This document shows positions 10,605 to 19,363 of a DNA stretch of 41,749 nucleotides, one piece after another (position 1 is the stretch's first letter; every line of letters starts with the position of its first letter). This stretch comes from Gammaproteobacteria bacterium (GTDB lineage Bacteria > Pseudomonadota > Gammaproteobacteria > Pseudomonadales > Oleiphilaceae), in assembly GCA_003695085.1 (NCBI GenBank), contig RFIV01000126.1:1-41749 (forward strand), given 5' to 3'. Made by a program: the position numbers and the translations under genes. The notes beneath the pieces are model-generated. The model saw only the letters and a list, made by a program, of their open reading frames with translations. It had not been told where the DNA came from and did no database searches.

Positions 10605-12049
10605 GCCTGAGCGAATCAGTCCTGGCATGGATGGCGGCAAATCCGGACGGTCTCGTTCTGGGTATTCTGCTGCTTTCCATGATCGAGTCGCTTGCCATTG
10701 CGGGCATGATCGTACCCGGCGTGGTACTTCTGCTGGGTGCGAGCGGGGTTGCCGGCAGTGTCGGCATCCCGATCTGGCAGGTGCTGATGGCCGGCGTGAT
10801 CGGCGCGTTGCTGGGTGACGGCATCAGTTTCCTGCTCGGGCGGCTCTTTCACGAGCGTATTCGTACACTCTGGCCGCTCAGCCGCTACCCGAAACTCCTT
10901 GACCAGGGAGAAGCCTTCTTTCGTGACCACGGAGGCAAGAGCATCCTGATCGGGCGCTTCGTAGGGCCGCTGCGCGCCATCATTCCTCTGATTGCCGGCA
11001 TGATGGGCATGTCCGGCACACGCTTTCTGGTATTCAACCTGATCTCCGCGCTGGGCTGGGCGCCGCTCTATCTGCTGCCTGGCTACGGTATCGGCCTGTC
11101 ACTCGGTGACGAGCGGGAAGTACCGGAAGGCTTCTACCCAACGCTGCTCCTGCTCGTGGCGATCCTGGCCGGTCTGGCGGCGCTGTTTTCCTGGCTCCAC
11201 TGGCATGTGCGACCACAGGGGCGCCTGTATGACTGGCTGGAAAAGCATGGACGGCGCTCGGCCCTCACCCGGCTCTGGCTTCAACGCATGGCCAGCGAGC
11301 GTCACGGACAGCGAGAGTACCCCCTTCCCTCCCTGCTTCTGGCCATTTTCAGCCCGGCTGCCTTTGCCTTGCTGGCGCTGCTGGTGTCACACGGGCATCG
11401 CATTTGGAACTGGAACCACTGGGTCGCAGACTGGTTTCAGCAAATCGACACACCCATGCTGCGGGCAGCGGCCGCGCTGTTCACGACGCTCGGCGACCCT
11501 GCCTGGCTGTATGTGGCCTTTGGCCTCATGGTGGCGACGCTGTGGCTGGCAGCAAAGCACCGGGCAGCGGTCGTTACAGTCCTGGTCGCGGGCATTGCGA
11601 CCCATGCCACGACCACACTGCTGAAGGTCTGGCTGGCCATCCCCAGGCCCGAGGGCGCGCCCCTGGAAAGTGCGGCCTTCCCCAGTGGTCACGCAGCAGG
11701 TGCCACCGTCTGGGCAGGCCTGCTGGCCAGCTTTATTGCCCGCGAACAGGCTTCAGAACATCGCTGGCGCATCTACGCCGTGGCAGCCTGCATCCCCTTG
11801 CTGACAGGCCTGACGCGGATTGCATTGGGTGTGCACTGGTGGACAGATGTCGTTGCAGGCTGGTTCTGGGGGCTGTTTATCGTAGCCTGTGCACGCGTTC
11901 TGTTCAGCCCCTGGGATCGCCGCCCCCTGTGGCCATCCCACGTGTGGCTGCGGTTGCTTGGCGCAACCGGGGTGGCCTGGGTGCTGTATGCAGTCGTTCG
12001 CCTGCCGGCAACACTTGCGTTATATGGCGCCATCGCATTCCAGTTTTGA
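10601..12049 (+). CDS. Bifunctional DedA (SNARE_assoc) / PAP2 phosphatase membrane protein
   Basis: DedA motifs IESLAIAGMIVPG, LGDGISFLLGR, IGRFVGPLR; PAP2 motifs KVWLAIPRP (C1), FPSGHA (C2), TRIALGVHWWTDV (C3); ATGA overlap with the GGDEF gene. Confidence 0.92.
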   Translation: MSLSESVLAWMAANPDGLVLGILLLSMIESLAIAGMIVPGVVLLLGASGVAGSVGIPIWQVLMAGVIGALLGDGISFLLGRLFHERIRTLWPLSRYPKLLDQGEAFFRDHGGKSILIGRFVGPLRAIIPLIAGMMGMSGTRFLVFNLISALGWAPLYLLPGYGIGLSLGDEREVPEGFYPTLLLLVAILAGLAALFSWLHWHVRPQGRLYDWLEKHGRRSALTRLWLQRMASERHGQREYPLPSLLLAIFSPAAFALLALLVSHGHRIWNWNHWVADWFQQIDTPMLRAAAALFTTLGDPAWLYVAFGLMVATLWLAAKHRAAVVTVLVAGIATHATTTLLKVWLAIPRPEGAPLESAAFPSGHAAGATVWAGLLASFIAREQASEHRWRIYAVAACIPLLTGLTRIALGVHWWTDVVAGWFWGLFIVACARVLFSPWDRRPLWPSHVWLRLLGATGVAWVLYAVVRLPATLALYGAIAFQF

Positions 12050-12481
12050 CCGTACGCAATCCGGCATGTGGGCTGGCTGCTTGCGTGTGTAGTCGAAGAA
12101 CACCAGGGCTGTACGCGCCCGAGCCACCTCGCGACCGGAACTGCGCTCGGTCAAACGATAGATGATCTGGCAGCTGCGCTGCGAGACATCTGCCACACTC
12201 ATGGCCACTGCCAGCGTTTCCCCTTCATGCCCCTCGCTGCAATAGATCACCTGAAGGTCTGCGACAATCACCCCCACACCGTCCAGGTGCTGCTCATCCA
12301 GCCCCAGATGATCAAACCAGGCACGGCGTGTCCGGTCCAGCAACTCGGGGACGGTGGTAAAGGCCATGTGGCCCGCATCATTGATGTGCCGCGACTCAAT
12401 ATGCACCGGATACACGAAATCTGTCCATTCCGGTACATCAATGGCTGTCCGCTTCAGCCCCATCTGTCGGCGCTCGGTCAT
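12020..12481 (-). CDS. Acyl-CoA thioesterase (hotdog, 4HBT/YbgC-like)
   Basis: HINDAGHM, R..WFDHLG, VIVADLQVIY, VARARTALVFFDY. Confidence 0.85.
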   Translation of the reverse strand: MTERRQMGLKRTAIDVPEWTDFVYPVHIESRHINDAGHMAFTTVPELLDRTRRAWFDHLGLDEQHLDGVGVIVADLQVIYCSEGHEGETLAVAMSVADVSQRSCQIIYRLTERSSGREVARARTALVFFDYTRKQPAHMPDCVRSKLECDGAI

Positions 12482-13728
12482 AGCTTGAGCGATTGACGAA
12501 TGGCCTGAATTTCTTCTTCAGCCATTTGCAGAACCTGCAGACTGCGCTGGGGGGTCAGTTCGCCCAGCGCCAGCTTGCGAAAAGCCGGCACACTGTCCAT
12601 GGGCGGCATCCCCGGCTGGGGATGGCCAATCGCATGATGCAGCTGAGCAATAATGATGGCATCGGCATAGGTGGGCGAGTCCTGGCCTGACTCCCAGGAC
12701 CAGTCTTCACCATGTGCAACAACTTCTATGAGATCGCCGGCAAAGCCCCACCTTTCCAGCACGGCCACACCAATCTCGGCCTTGGTTTCACCCAGCAACC
12801 GATCCAGAAGCTCCGGGTTATCTGCCACATCCTGATGGGATTCGGCATACATGAGCAGCGGGATGGCCCCGATATCATGAATGATTCCAGCCAGGATTGC
12901 GCGCTCACGGCTCAGTCCCGGCGTCATGCGTGCCAGTACGCCAGCGATGGACGCCACCTCGACACTGTGCAACCACAGGTCTTGCATGCGCTGCCGCAAC
13001 TCCGGGTGCGATGATTCGAAGAGTTCTCGCAGGCTGTAGATGGTGACCAGCTGCCGCGTGGCATCCAGCCCCAGGCGTACCAGAGCATCCTTGCAGGATT
13101 CTATCTCGCGAAATCCCCGGAACAGCGGGCTGTTTGCAACCCGGATCAGCTTGGCCGTCATGGCCGGGTCACGCATGATCAGCTGTGCCAGACTCTCCAC
13201 CGAACAATCAGACTGATCTGCGGCCTGGCGAATCTGAAACGCCAGATCCGGCAAACTGGGCAAGCGCAGCGTATTGTGCTTCAGCGCTTCCTGCAGCTCC
13301 GCCAGCAACTCATAGGCCGGGTCCTCTCCCGACGTATCGCTGACCATGTCGTAGTCATCGCGGGGCGCCTCACGGATCATCTGGGCCAGCGTGGCCTGGT
13401 CAACGAGCAACAGGACGGTTTCAGCGTCCGCGATCACGTCGTACTGGCGTGGTTGCAGGTGTGCGATCGCCTGCGCCGCCGCACGGGATTCGGGGGTAAC
13501 CTGTACCTCACGCCCATCCTGAGCACGCAATCTCAGGCTGCCTTCCCAGAGGAAATAGTCAAACGCGTCGCGACTGCCTCGCCTGAGAATCAACGTGCCT
13601 CTTGGATAGCGCCGGAACTCGGCGCGCGCTGACAACACCACGCGCTGCTCGTCCGAAAGACGCGCCAGCGTGGCAAAGCGTTTCATGCGTTCGTAGACCG
13701 GGATGGAAAGTGTATTGGAGCCTGTCAT
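12478..13728 (-). CDS. Cyclic nucleotide-binding-like domain fused to an HDOD domain
   Basis: N-terminal cNMP-like YPRGTLILRRGSRD..DYFLWEGSL..PRQYDVIA; HDOD motifs LPSLPDLA, DPAMTAKLIRVANSPLF, LAGIIHDIG, VLERWGF. Confidence 0.88.
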   Translation of the reverse strand: MTGSNTLSIPVYERMKRFATLARLSDEQRVVLSARAEFRRYPRGTLILRRGSRDAFDYFLWEGSLRLRAQDGREVQVTPESRAAAQAIAHLQPRQYDVIADAETVLLLVDQATLAQMIREAPRDDYDMVSDTSGEDPAYELLAELQEALKHNTLRLPSLPDLAFQIRQAADQSDCSVESLAQLIMRDPAMTAKLIRVANSPLFRGFREIESCKDALVRLGLDATRQLVTIYSLRELFESSHPELRQRMQDLWLHSVEVASIAGVLARMTPGLSRERAILAGIIHDIGAIPLLMYAESHQDVADNPELLDRLLGETKAEIGVAVLERWGFAGDLIEVVAHGEDWSWESGQDSPTYADAIIIAQLHHAIGHPQPGMPPMDSVPAFRKLALGELTPQRSLQVLQMAEEEIQAIRQSLKL

Positions 13729-13804
13729 TCCCTTAACCCCTGGCAGAAGTTTGGATTCAAGTCTACTTCAGCCTGACGCGCTTCGCCACACGTCTTTGGT
13801 CACA

Positions 13805-14941
13805 TCACAGCGACCGGGCAACGATCTCCTTCATGATCTCGTTCGTACCGGCGTAAATTTTCTGAACCCGCGAGTCGGCCCAGGCCCGCGCAATGGGATA
13901 CTCCCACATGTAGCCATACCCACCGTGCAGCTGCACGCACTCGTCCATGACCTTGCACTGAAGATCCGTAGTCCACTGCTTGAGCATGGCTGCCGTGGGC
14001 ACATCCAGTTTCTTCTCCAGATGCAATTCCAGGCACCGGTCAAGAAACACCCGCCCGGCGGTTATCTCGGCCTTCAGTTCCGCCAGCTTGAAGCGCGTGT
14101 TCTGGAAGGCCATGACAGGCTTGCCGAAGGCCTTGCGCTCCTTGCAATACTGAATCGTCCAGTCGAGTGCGGCCTCACAGGCCGCCATCGCGGTGATGCC
14201 GACCAACAGACGCTCCTGCGGCAGTTCCTGCATGAGCTGAATGAAGCCCTGGCCTTCTGCACCCAGCACGTTCTCCTTGGGGACCTTGACGTCCTGAAAG
14301 AAAAGTTCGGACGTATCCTGCGCCTTCATGCCCACTTTCTTGAGGTTGCGCCCCCTGGAGAACCCCTCGGAAGCCGCTTCGACCACCAGCAACGTTGTGC
14401 CCCTGGCACCTTCGGCGGGGTCGGTCTTGGCCACCACGATTACAAGGTCGGCCATCTGCCCGTTGGTAATGAAGGTCTTGGAGCCGTTGAGCAGGTAATG
14501 ATCGCCCTGATCGATGGCGGTGGTCTTGACACCCTGCAGGTCCGAACCGGCCCCGGGCTCTGTCATGGCAATGGCCCCGATCATCTCGCCCCGTGCCAGC
14601 CTGGGCAGGTACTTCTGCTTCAGCGCCTCACTGCCATAGTGCAGGATATAGGGGGCGACGATATCCGAATGCAGGGCAAAACCGATACCCGACAGCCCGA
14701 GCCTGGCCAGCTCCTCGATGATGACAGCGGAAAAGCGAAAGTCGACCCCGACCCCGCCATAGGCCTCCGGCAGCGTCGGGCACAGAAAGCCCATTTCTCC
14801 GGCTTTTTCCCACAGGGCCCGGCTGACCTGACCGGCCTCTTCCCAGGCATCATGAAAGGGGACGGCTTCCTGTTCCAGAAACTTGCGGAACGCGTCGCGA
14901 AAACCTTCGTGATCAGCATCAAACAGTGTACGGGGAATCAT
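13805..14941 (-). CDS. Acyl-CoA dehydrogenase (long-chain specific type)
   Basis: GAIAMTEPGAGSDL, LNGSKTFITNG, ELPQERL, QLHGGYGYMWEYPI, IYAGTNEIMK; ATG 14941 after a GAGG RBS. Confidence 0.95.
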   Translation of the reverse strand: MIPRTLFDADHEGFRDAFRKFLEQEAVPFHDAWEEAGQVSRALWEKAGEMGFLCPTLPEAYGGVGVDFRFSAVIIEELARLGLSGIGFALHSDIVAPYILHYGSEALKQKYLPRLARGEMIGAIAMTEPGAGSDLQGVKTTAIDQGDHYLLNGSKTFITNGQMADLVIVVAKTDPAEGARGTTLLVVEAASEGFSRGRNLKKVGMKAQDTSELFFQDVKVPKENVLGAEGQGFIQLMQELPQERLLVGITAMAACEAALDWTIQYCKERKAFGKPVMAFQNTRFKLAELKAEITAGRVFLDRCLELHLEKKLDVPTAAMLKQWTTDLQCKVMDECVQLHGGYGYMWEYPIARAWADSRVQKIYAGTNEIMKEIVARSL

Positions 14942-15096
14942 GGCTACCTCGGATCTTGTTGTTGTCCTGTTTGCAGTCTGACAACTCCGGTCCGGGGCGC
15001 CAATGATTTTTCTGTTCATTGCCGGTGACCTTTTGAGTCACGGGCACGCCCGAATAGCGACAGGCGGGCGCTCATGCCGCCGCACAACGTGCCGGA

Positions 15097-15870
15097 TCAG
15101 CTTTCCACAAAGGCTCTTTCAATCACGTAGTGGCCGAGTTCCCCCTGCTGCGTCATGCGAAAGTCGCGCGCATCGAGAATACTCACAAAGTCCTGCAGCA
15201 TGGAGGGACTGCCACAGATCATGAAACGATCATCCTCGTGGTTGGGCTCCGGCAGCCCCACTTCACTGAAGAGCTGCCCGGTGGTGAAGAGATCCGTCAA
15301 CCGCCCCGTGCGCTCGAAGGCTTCACGCGTCACGGTGGGGTAATAGACCAGCTGATCACGCACCTGCTCACCGAAGTACGCGTTGTTCGGCAGCTCATTG
15401 AGAATGAGGTCCCGGTAGGCCAGCTCGGACACATAGCGCACGCCATGCGTCAGGATGACCTTATCAAAGCGCTCATAGGTTTCCGGATCCTTGATGATGC
15501 TCATGAACGGTGCCAGGCCGGTGCCGGTGCTGAGCAGATAGAGATTGCGCCCCGGCAGCAGATCGTCCACCAGCAGCGTGCCCGTGGGCTTCTTGCTCAC
15601 CTTGATCTGGTCGCCCGGCTGTATTTTCTGCAGACGCGAGGTCAGAGCACCATCCGGCACCTTGATGCTGAAAAACTCCATTTCCTCTTCATAGTTGGCA
15701 CTGGCGATGCTGTAGGCACGCATGATCGGCCGGCTTTCGGTTTCCAGCCCGATCATCACAAACTGGCCGTTGCGAAAACGCAGACCTTGTGCGCGTGTGG
15801 TACGAAAGCTGAACAGTGTGTCGTTCCAGTGATGAACGTGCGTCACGGTCTCGGTGAGAAAGCCCGCCAT
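15097..15870 (-). CDS. fpr: Ferredoxin-NADP+ reductase, bacterial subclass I
   Basis: HHWNDTLFSF, RAYSIAS, LSTGTGLAPF, MICGSPSML, terminal IERAFVE; AAGGAGG RBS before ATG 15870. Confidence 0.96.
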   Translation of the reverse strand: MAGFLTETVTHVHHWNDTLFSFRTTRAQGLRFRNGQFVMIGLETESRPIMRAYSIASANYEEEMEFFSIKVPDGALTSRLQKIQPGDQIKVSKKPTGTLLVDDLLPGRNLYLLSTGTGLAPFMSIIKDPETYERFDKVILTHGVRYVSELAYRDLILNELPNNAYFGEQVRDQLVYYPTVTREAFERTGRLTDLFTTGQLFSEVGLPEPNHEDDRFMICGSPSMLQDFVSILDARDFRMTQQGELGHYVIERAFVES

Positions 15871-15958
15871 GTCTACCTCCTTCAATCATCATGAAGGCAG
15901 TGTACATTTCACCCATATCATGATGAAATCAATATTAATCCTAAATCTTATCGAATTT

Positions 15959-16858
15959 ATGAATATACGATTCACGCTTCGCCAACTTCAGGTCTTCGTC
16001 GCGACAGCGCATCACCAGAACATATCCCGCGCCGCCCGCGAAGTCGGGCTGTCACAATCCGCTGCCAGCGCAGCCCTCAAGGAGCTTGAACAGCTCTATG
16101 ACGTGCGGCTTTTTGACCGCAAGGGCAAGCGTCTGATTCTGAACGAACAGGGGCGCAATTTCCGACCCCGGGCGCAGGCGCTGCTGGATCAGGCCATCGC
16201 TCTGGATGGGGCCCTGCGCTCACATACCCAGACCGGCACGTTGAAAGTGGGAGCCACCCTGTCCATCGGCAACTATCTGGCTGTGCGGATTCTGGCCCGC
16301 CTGCTGAAAAAGCGCCTGCCTCTCAAAATTGATCTGGAGGTGGACAATACCGAGCACATTGCGGCAAAAGTGCTGAACTTCGAGCTTGACCTGGGCATGA
16401 TCGAGGGCGAGATCCATGCGCCGGAGCTGGACGTCATTCCCTGGCGCCCGGATGAGCTGGTAGTGTTTTGCGCGCCGGATCACCCGCTTGCCCGGCAGGC
16501 AACGCTCTCGGATGATGATCTGGTCAGTGCCCAGTGGATCATGCGCGAACCGGGGTCCGGCACACGCCAGGCTTTCGAACATGCCATGCATGGACTGCTG
16601 CCCAACCTGAACATCGTGCTGCAGCTTCAGCATACGGAAGCCATCAAGCGCGCCGTGGAGGCCGGGCTGGGCATCAGTTGCCTGTCCCGCCTGACACTGG
16701 AAGAAGCCTTTGCCCGGGGCTCGCTGGTCCCCCTTTCCGTTCCCGGGCGCGACCTGTCACGCCAGCTCTACTTCATCCTGCACAAGCAGAAATTTCGTTC
16801 GCCCGGGCTGGAAACGTGGTTGCACTTGTGTGTGAAAGAGGGAGAAACCGTCGCTTAA
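15959..16858 (+). CDS. finR: LysR-family regulator divergent from fpr (FinR-like)
   Basis: FTLRQLQVF HTH, LFDRKGKRL, GATLSIGNYL, WIMREPGSGTR, LQHTEAIKRAVEAGLGI; divergent fpr arrangement as in Pseudomonas. Confidence 0.88.
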   Translation: MNIRFTLRQLQVFVATAHHQNISRAAREVGLSQSAASAALKELEQLYDVRLFDRKGKRLILNEQGRNFRPRAQALLDQAIALDGALRSHTQTGTLKVGATLSIGNYLAVRILARLLKKRLPLKIDLEVDNTEHIAAKVLNFELDLGMIEGEIHAPELDVIPWRPDELVVFCAPDHPLARQATLSDDDLVSAQWIMREPGSGTRQAFEHAMHGLLPNLNIVLQLQHTEAIKRAVEAGLGISCLSRLTLEEAFARGSLVPLSVPGRDLSRQLYFILHKQKFRSPGLETWLHLCVKEGETVA

Positions 16859-16886
16859 GGCAGCGTTAAGTTTCATCTCCCATACT
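16854..16886 (+). promoter_or_regulatory. PmrA/BasR-like direct-repeat box plus -10 element upstream of the PAP2 gene
   Basis: CTTAAG-gcagc-GTTAAG (16854-16870), then 10 bp, then CATACT (16881-16886). Confidence 0.55.
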
Positions 16887-16922
16887 CTGCGGCTATCACG
16901 GCCTGAAATCACGGGAGTTGCC

Positions 16923-17618
16923 ATGCGTACATCTGACTGGGGGGTGCCTGTCACACTGCTGGTACTGGCTGTCAGCAGCCAATACTCGGGTCTGGATGTC
17001 TGGCTGGCAAGTCATTTCTATGATGCAACGTCCGGCACCTGGCCCTGGCGGGATACCTGGCTGACCAGCACACTGCTGCATACGGATGCCCGCCGGCTGA
17101 TCACCGCTGTGGGCGTCGGCATGCTGCTGGGGTGGCTGGCCTCACTGGTGCGACCCGGCCTGGCATCCCACCGCCGCTACTGGGGCTACCTGTTGCTGGC
17201 GTCGCTTTCCGGTCCCATTGTGGTGGCGGCATTGAAATCCGTCACGCACCTCTATACCCCCTGGGATGTCACACTTTTCGGAGGAGAGTTGCCTCATCTG
17301 CGCCTGTTCGATCCGGTACCCAAGGGGGCTCCGTTCGGTCACGCCTTTCCCGCCGGTCACGCCAGCGCCGGCTATGCGTTTTTCAGCCTCTACTTTCTGG
17401 CCCGCAGCCTCCGCCCGGCCTTGCAGTGGAAGGCACTGGCCGTCCCGGTGGTGCTGGGTCTCGTTCTGGGCGTGGATCAACAGGTGCGTGGTGCACACTT
17501 TCTCAGCCACGACCTGACCACCGCGGCCCTGTGCTGGATGTTGGCAGCCCTTTGGGCCCGCGTCCTGCTCAGCCTTCAACCCCGTGTGCGCGCAGAAACA
17601 GCGATACAGCCTGCCTGA
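16923..17618 (+). CDS. PAP2-family membrane phosphatase
   Basis: LKSVTHLYTPWDV, FPAGHASAGY, QQVRGAHFLSHDL; about 6 TM helices; GGGAG RBS. Confidence 0.9.
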   Translation: MRTSDWGVPVTLLVLAVSSQYSGLDVWLASHFYDATSGTWPWRDTWLTSTLLHTDARRLITAVGVGMLLGWLASLVRPGLASHRRYWGYLLLASLSGPIVVAALKSVTHLYTPWDVTLFGGELPHLRLFDPVPKGAPFGHAFPAGHASAGYAFFSLYFLARSLRPALQWKALAVPVVLGLVLGVDQQVRGAHFLSHDLTTAALCWMLAALWARVLLSLQPRVRAETAIQPA

Positions 17619-18168
17619 CGTGGCGCTCCACGGTCGTGGAGTCAACGGGCAGTCCCAGCAGCGCTCGCCAGAACAGATTCCCCCTGAGCACAGCCACATA
17701 GTCCCGAGCTGACCGCTGCGGATCACTGGCGGTCCACTCGCCGGCTTCACGGCGGGATACAAAAAAGGCTTCCAGTGCCTTCAGGGCTTTCTCGGGGCCG
17801 GCGTGGTAAAACTTCTGCCCGACTTCGGGATTGCCCTGCACCTCTCCGATGATGAGACGCACGGCGGCGAGATTGCGCGCATCCAGCAACATGGCCAGAA
17901 ACTCCCGCCCGATTTCTTCCAGGGATTGCCGGATCGGTTGATCCTTCCGTCCGGGCGTGTCAATACCGGCGATGAAGCGCCCGCTGACCTGCTCCACCAC
18001 TGCCTGAAACAGAACGTCCTTGGATGCAAAATGATTATACAGGGTGGCCTTGGATACGCCGGCTCCGCGGGCAACGGCATCCATGCTGGCGCGGCCGAAT
18101 CCACTCTGACAAAACACATCCGTGGCGGCATCGAGAATACGTTGACGACGTTCAGCGCTGAGGGCCAT
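17569..18168 (-). CDS. TetR/AcrR-family transcriptional regulator
   Basis: RRQRILDAA..F...GF..ASMDAVARGAGVSKATLYNHFASKDVLF; divergent from the efflux genes. Confidence 0.95.
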   Translation of the reverse strand: MALSAERRQRILDAATDVFCQSGFGRASMDAVARGAGVSKATLYNHFASKDVLFQAVVEQVSGRFIAGIDTPGRKDQPIRQSLEEIGREFLAMLLDARNLAAVRLIIGEVQGNPEVGQKFYHAGPEKALKALEAFFVSRREAGEWTASDPQRSARDYVAVLRGNLFWRALLGLPVDSTTVERHVRQAVSLFLRAHGVEG

Positions 18169-18202
18169 CGCACTATTGACTCAGTGAAGGTTTTCGTCAA
18201 TT

Positions 18203-18223
18203 CTAAACTGAACCGTTTAGTTT
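18203..18223. promoter_or_regulatory. Candidate TetR operator palindrome
   Basis: AAACTGAAC-C-GTTTAGTTT (one mismatch), overlapping CTAAAC-N6-GTTTAG, in the 73-bp gap between tetR and the efflux operon. Confidence 0.65.
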
Positions 18224-18241
18224 TCAAAGTGAATCCACGCC

Positions 18242-19363
18242 ATGACTCCAGTGCGCAAACTGACTCTTGTATTCCTGACAGCCGGTCTGACCCTTGGCGG
18301 GTATGCCTGGTGGCATCGTGACGAAGTCTCCACCGAGGATGCTTTTGTTGAGCAGGATGTCGCTTTTCTGGCTCCGCGCATCAGTGGTCAGGTACTGGAG
18401 GTCCGGGTCACGGACAATCAGACTGTGAAAGCGGGTACACTCCTCATCCGGCTGGATCCACAACCGCAAAAACTGGCGGTCAGCAAGGCGGAAGCAGGTC
18501 TGGGGCAAGCTCGCAGCAAGGAGCAGGAGGCCCGGCATGCCCTCAGTCAGTTCAAGGCAACGCTTGAGGCTGACCGGGCAAGGCTGAGTCAGGCACTGGC
18601 TGTCGCCCAGGCGGCACTGGCGGCAGAGCAGGCCAGTCTGGCCCGCACCCGGTCCGAACTGGCGCTGGCCCGGCGAGATGCCAACCGATTTCGCACGCTG
18701 GCCCAACGCAAGCAGGTATCTCAACAGCAGCTGGATCAGGCGGAAACCCGGGTCGCCTCCCTGCAGGCCCAGCTGACGTCTCAGGACGCAGCCGTGGCGG
18801 TTCAGAATGCCCGCGTGCATCAGGCGGAAATCGACCTGGAGACACTGACTGCCCGGGCGCTGCAGATTCCGGTACTCGAAGCCCGCATCGAGGAGGCCCG
18901 GGGGCAACGTCAGGCGGCCGAAGTGGCGCTGGCCGAGGCCCAGCTCCGGCTGGCTGATACCGAGATCCGTGCACCGGCTGACGGCACCGTAACCCATGTG
19001 GACACCCGCCCGGGCAACCAGGTCTCCCCCGCTACCCCCGTGGCCATTCTGGTCTCCGGAACGCCCTGGATCGAAGCCAATTTCAAGGAGACCCAGCTGA
19101 CACGTGTGATCCCCGGTCAGCCCGCCGAAATCCGGCTGGACCGGTATCCCGATGTTCACTTCACAGGGCATGTCGACTCCATTCAACCCGGGACAGGTGC
19201 GCGGTTCAGTGTCCTTCCCCCCGAAAATGCCACAGGCAACTTCGTCAAGGTCACCCAGAGGGTGCCCGTGCGCCTGGTACTGGATTCGCTGCCGGAAGGC
19301 CTGTCTCTGGCCCCGGGCCTTTCAGCACACGTGACGGTGCATACCGGCGATGACCGCCACTAA
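18242..19363 (+). CDS. EmrA/HlyD-family periplasmic adaptor subunit
   Basis: N-terminal TM, STEDAFV, APRISGQV..V.VTDNQ.VKAG, long coiled coil, WIEANFKETQL, LPPENATGNFVKVTQRVPVR. Confidence 0.95.
   Translation: MTPVRKLTLVFLTAGLTLGGYAWWHRDEVSTEDAFVEQDVAFLAPRISGQVLEVRVTDNQTVKAGTLLIRLDPQPQKLAVSKAEAGLGQARSKEQEARHALSQFKATLEADRARLSQALAVAQAALAAEQASLARTRSELALARRDANRFRTLAQRKQVSQQQLDQAETRVASLQAQLTSQDAAVAVQNARVHQAEIDLETLTARALQIPVLEARIEEARGQRQAAEVALAEAQLRLADTEIRAPADGTVTHVDTRPGNQVSPATPVAILVSGTPWIEANFKETQLTRVIPGQPAEIRLDRYPDVHFTGHVDSIQPGTGARFSVLPPENATGNFVKVTQRVPVRLVLDSLPEGLSLAPGLSAHVTVHTGDDRH

Noticed and set aside
15047-15070. CGCCCG...CGGGCG hairpin downstream of fpr as a terminator
   Set aside because: Short stem, 12-nt loop and no adjacent U-tract
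15854-15958. 35-aa N-terminal extension of FinR in the ORF track
   Set aside because: It crosses the fpr start and the shared promoter; the LysR HTH begins right after ATG 15959
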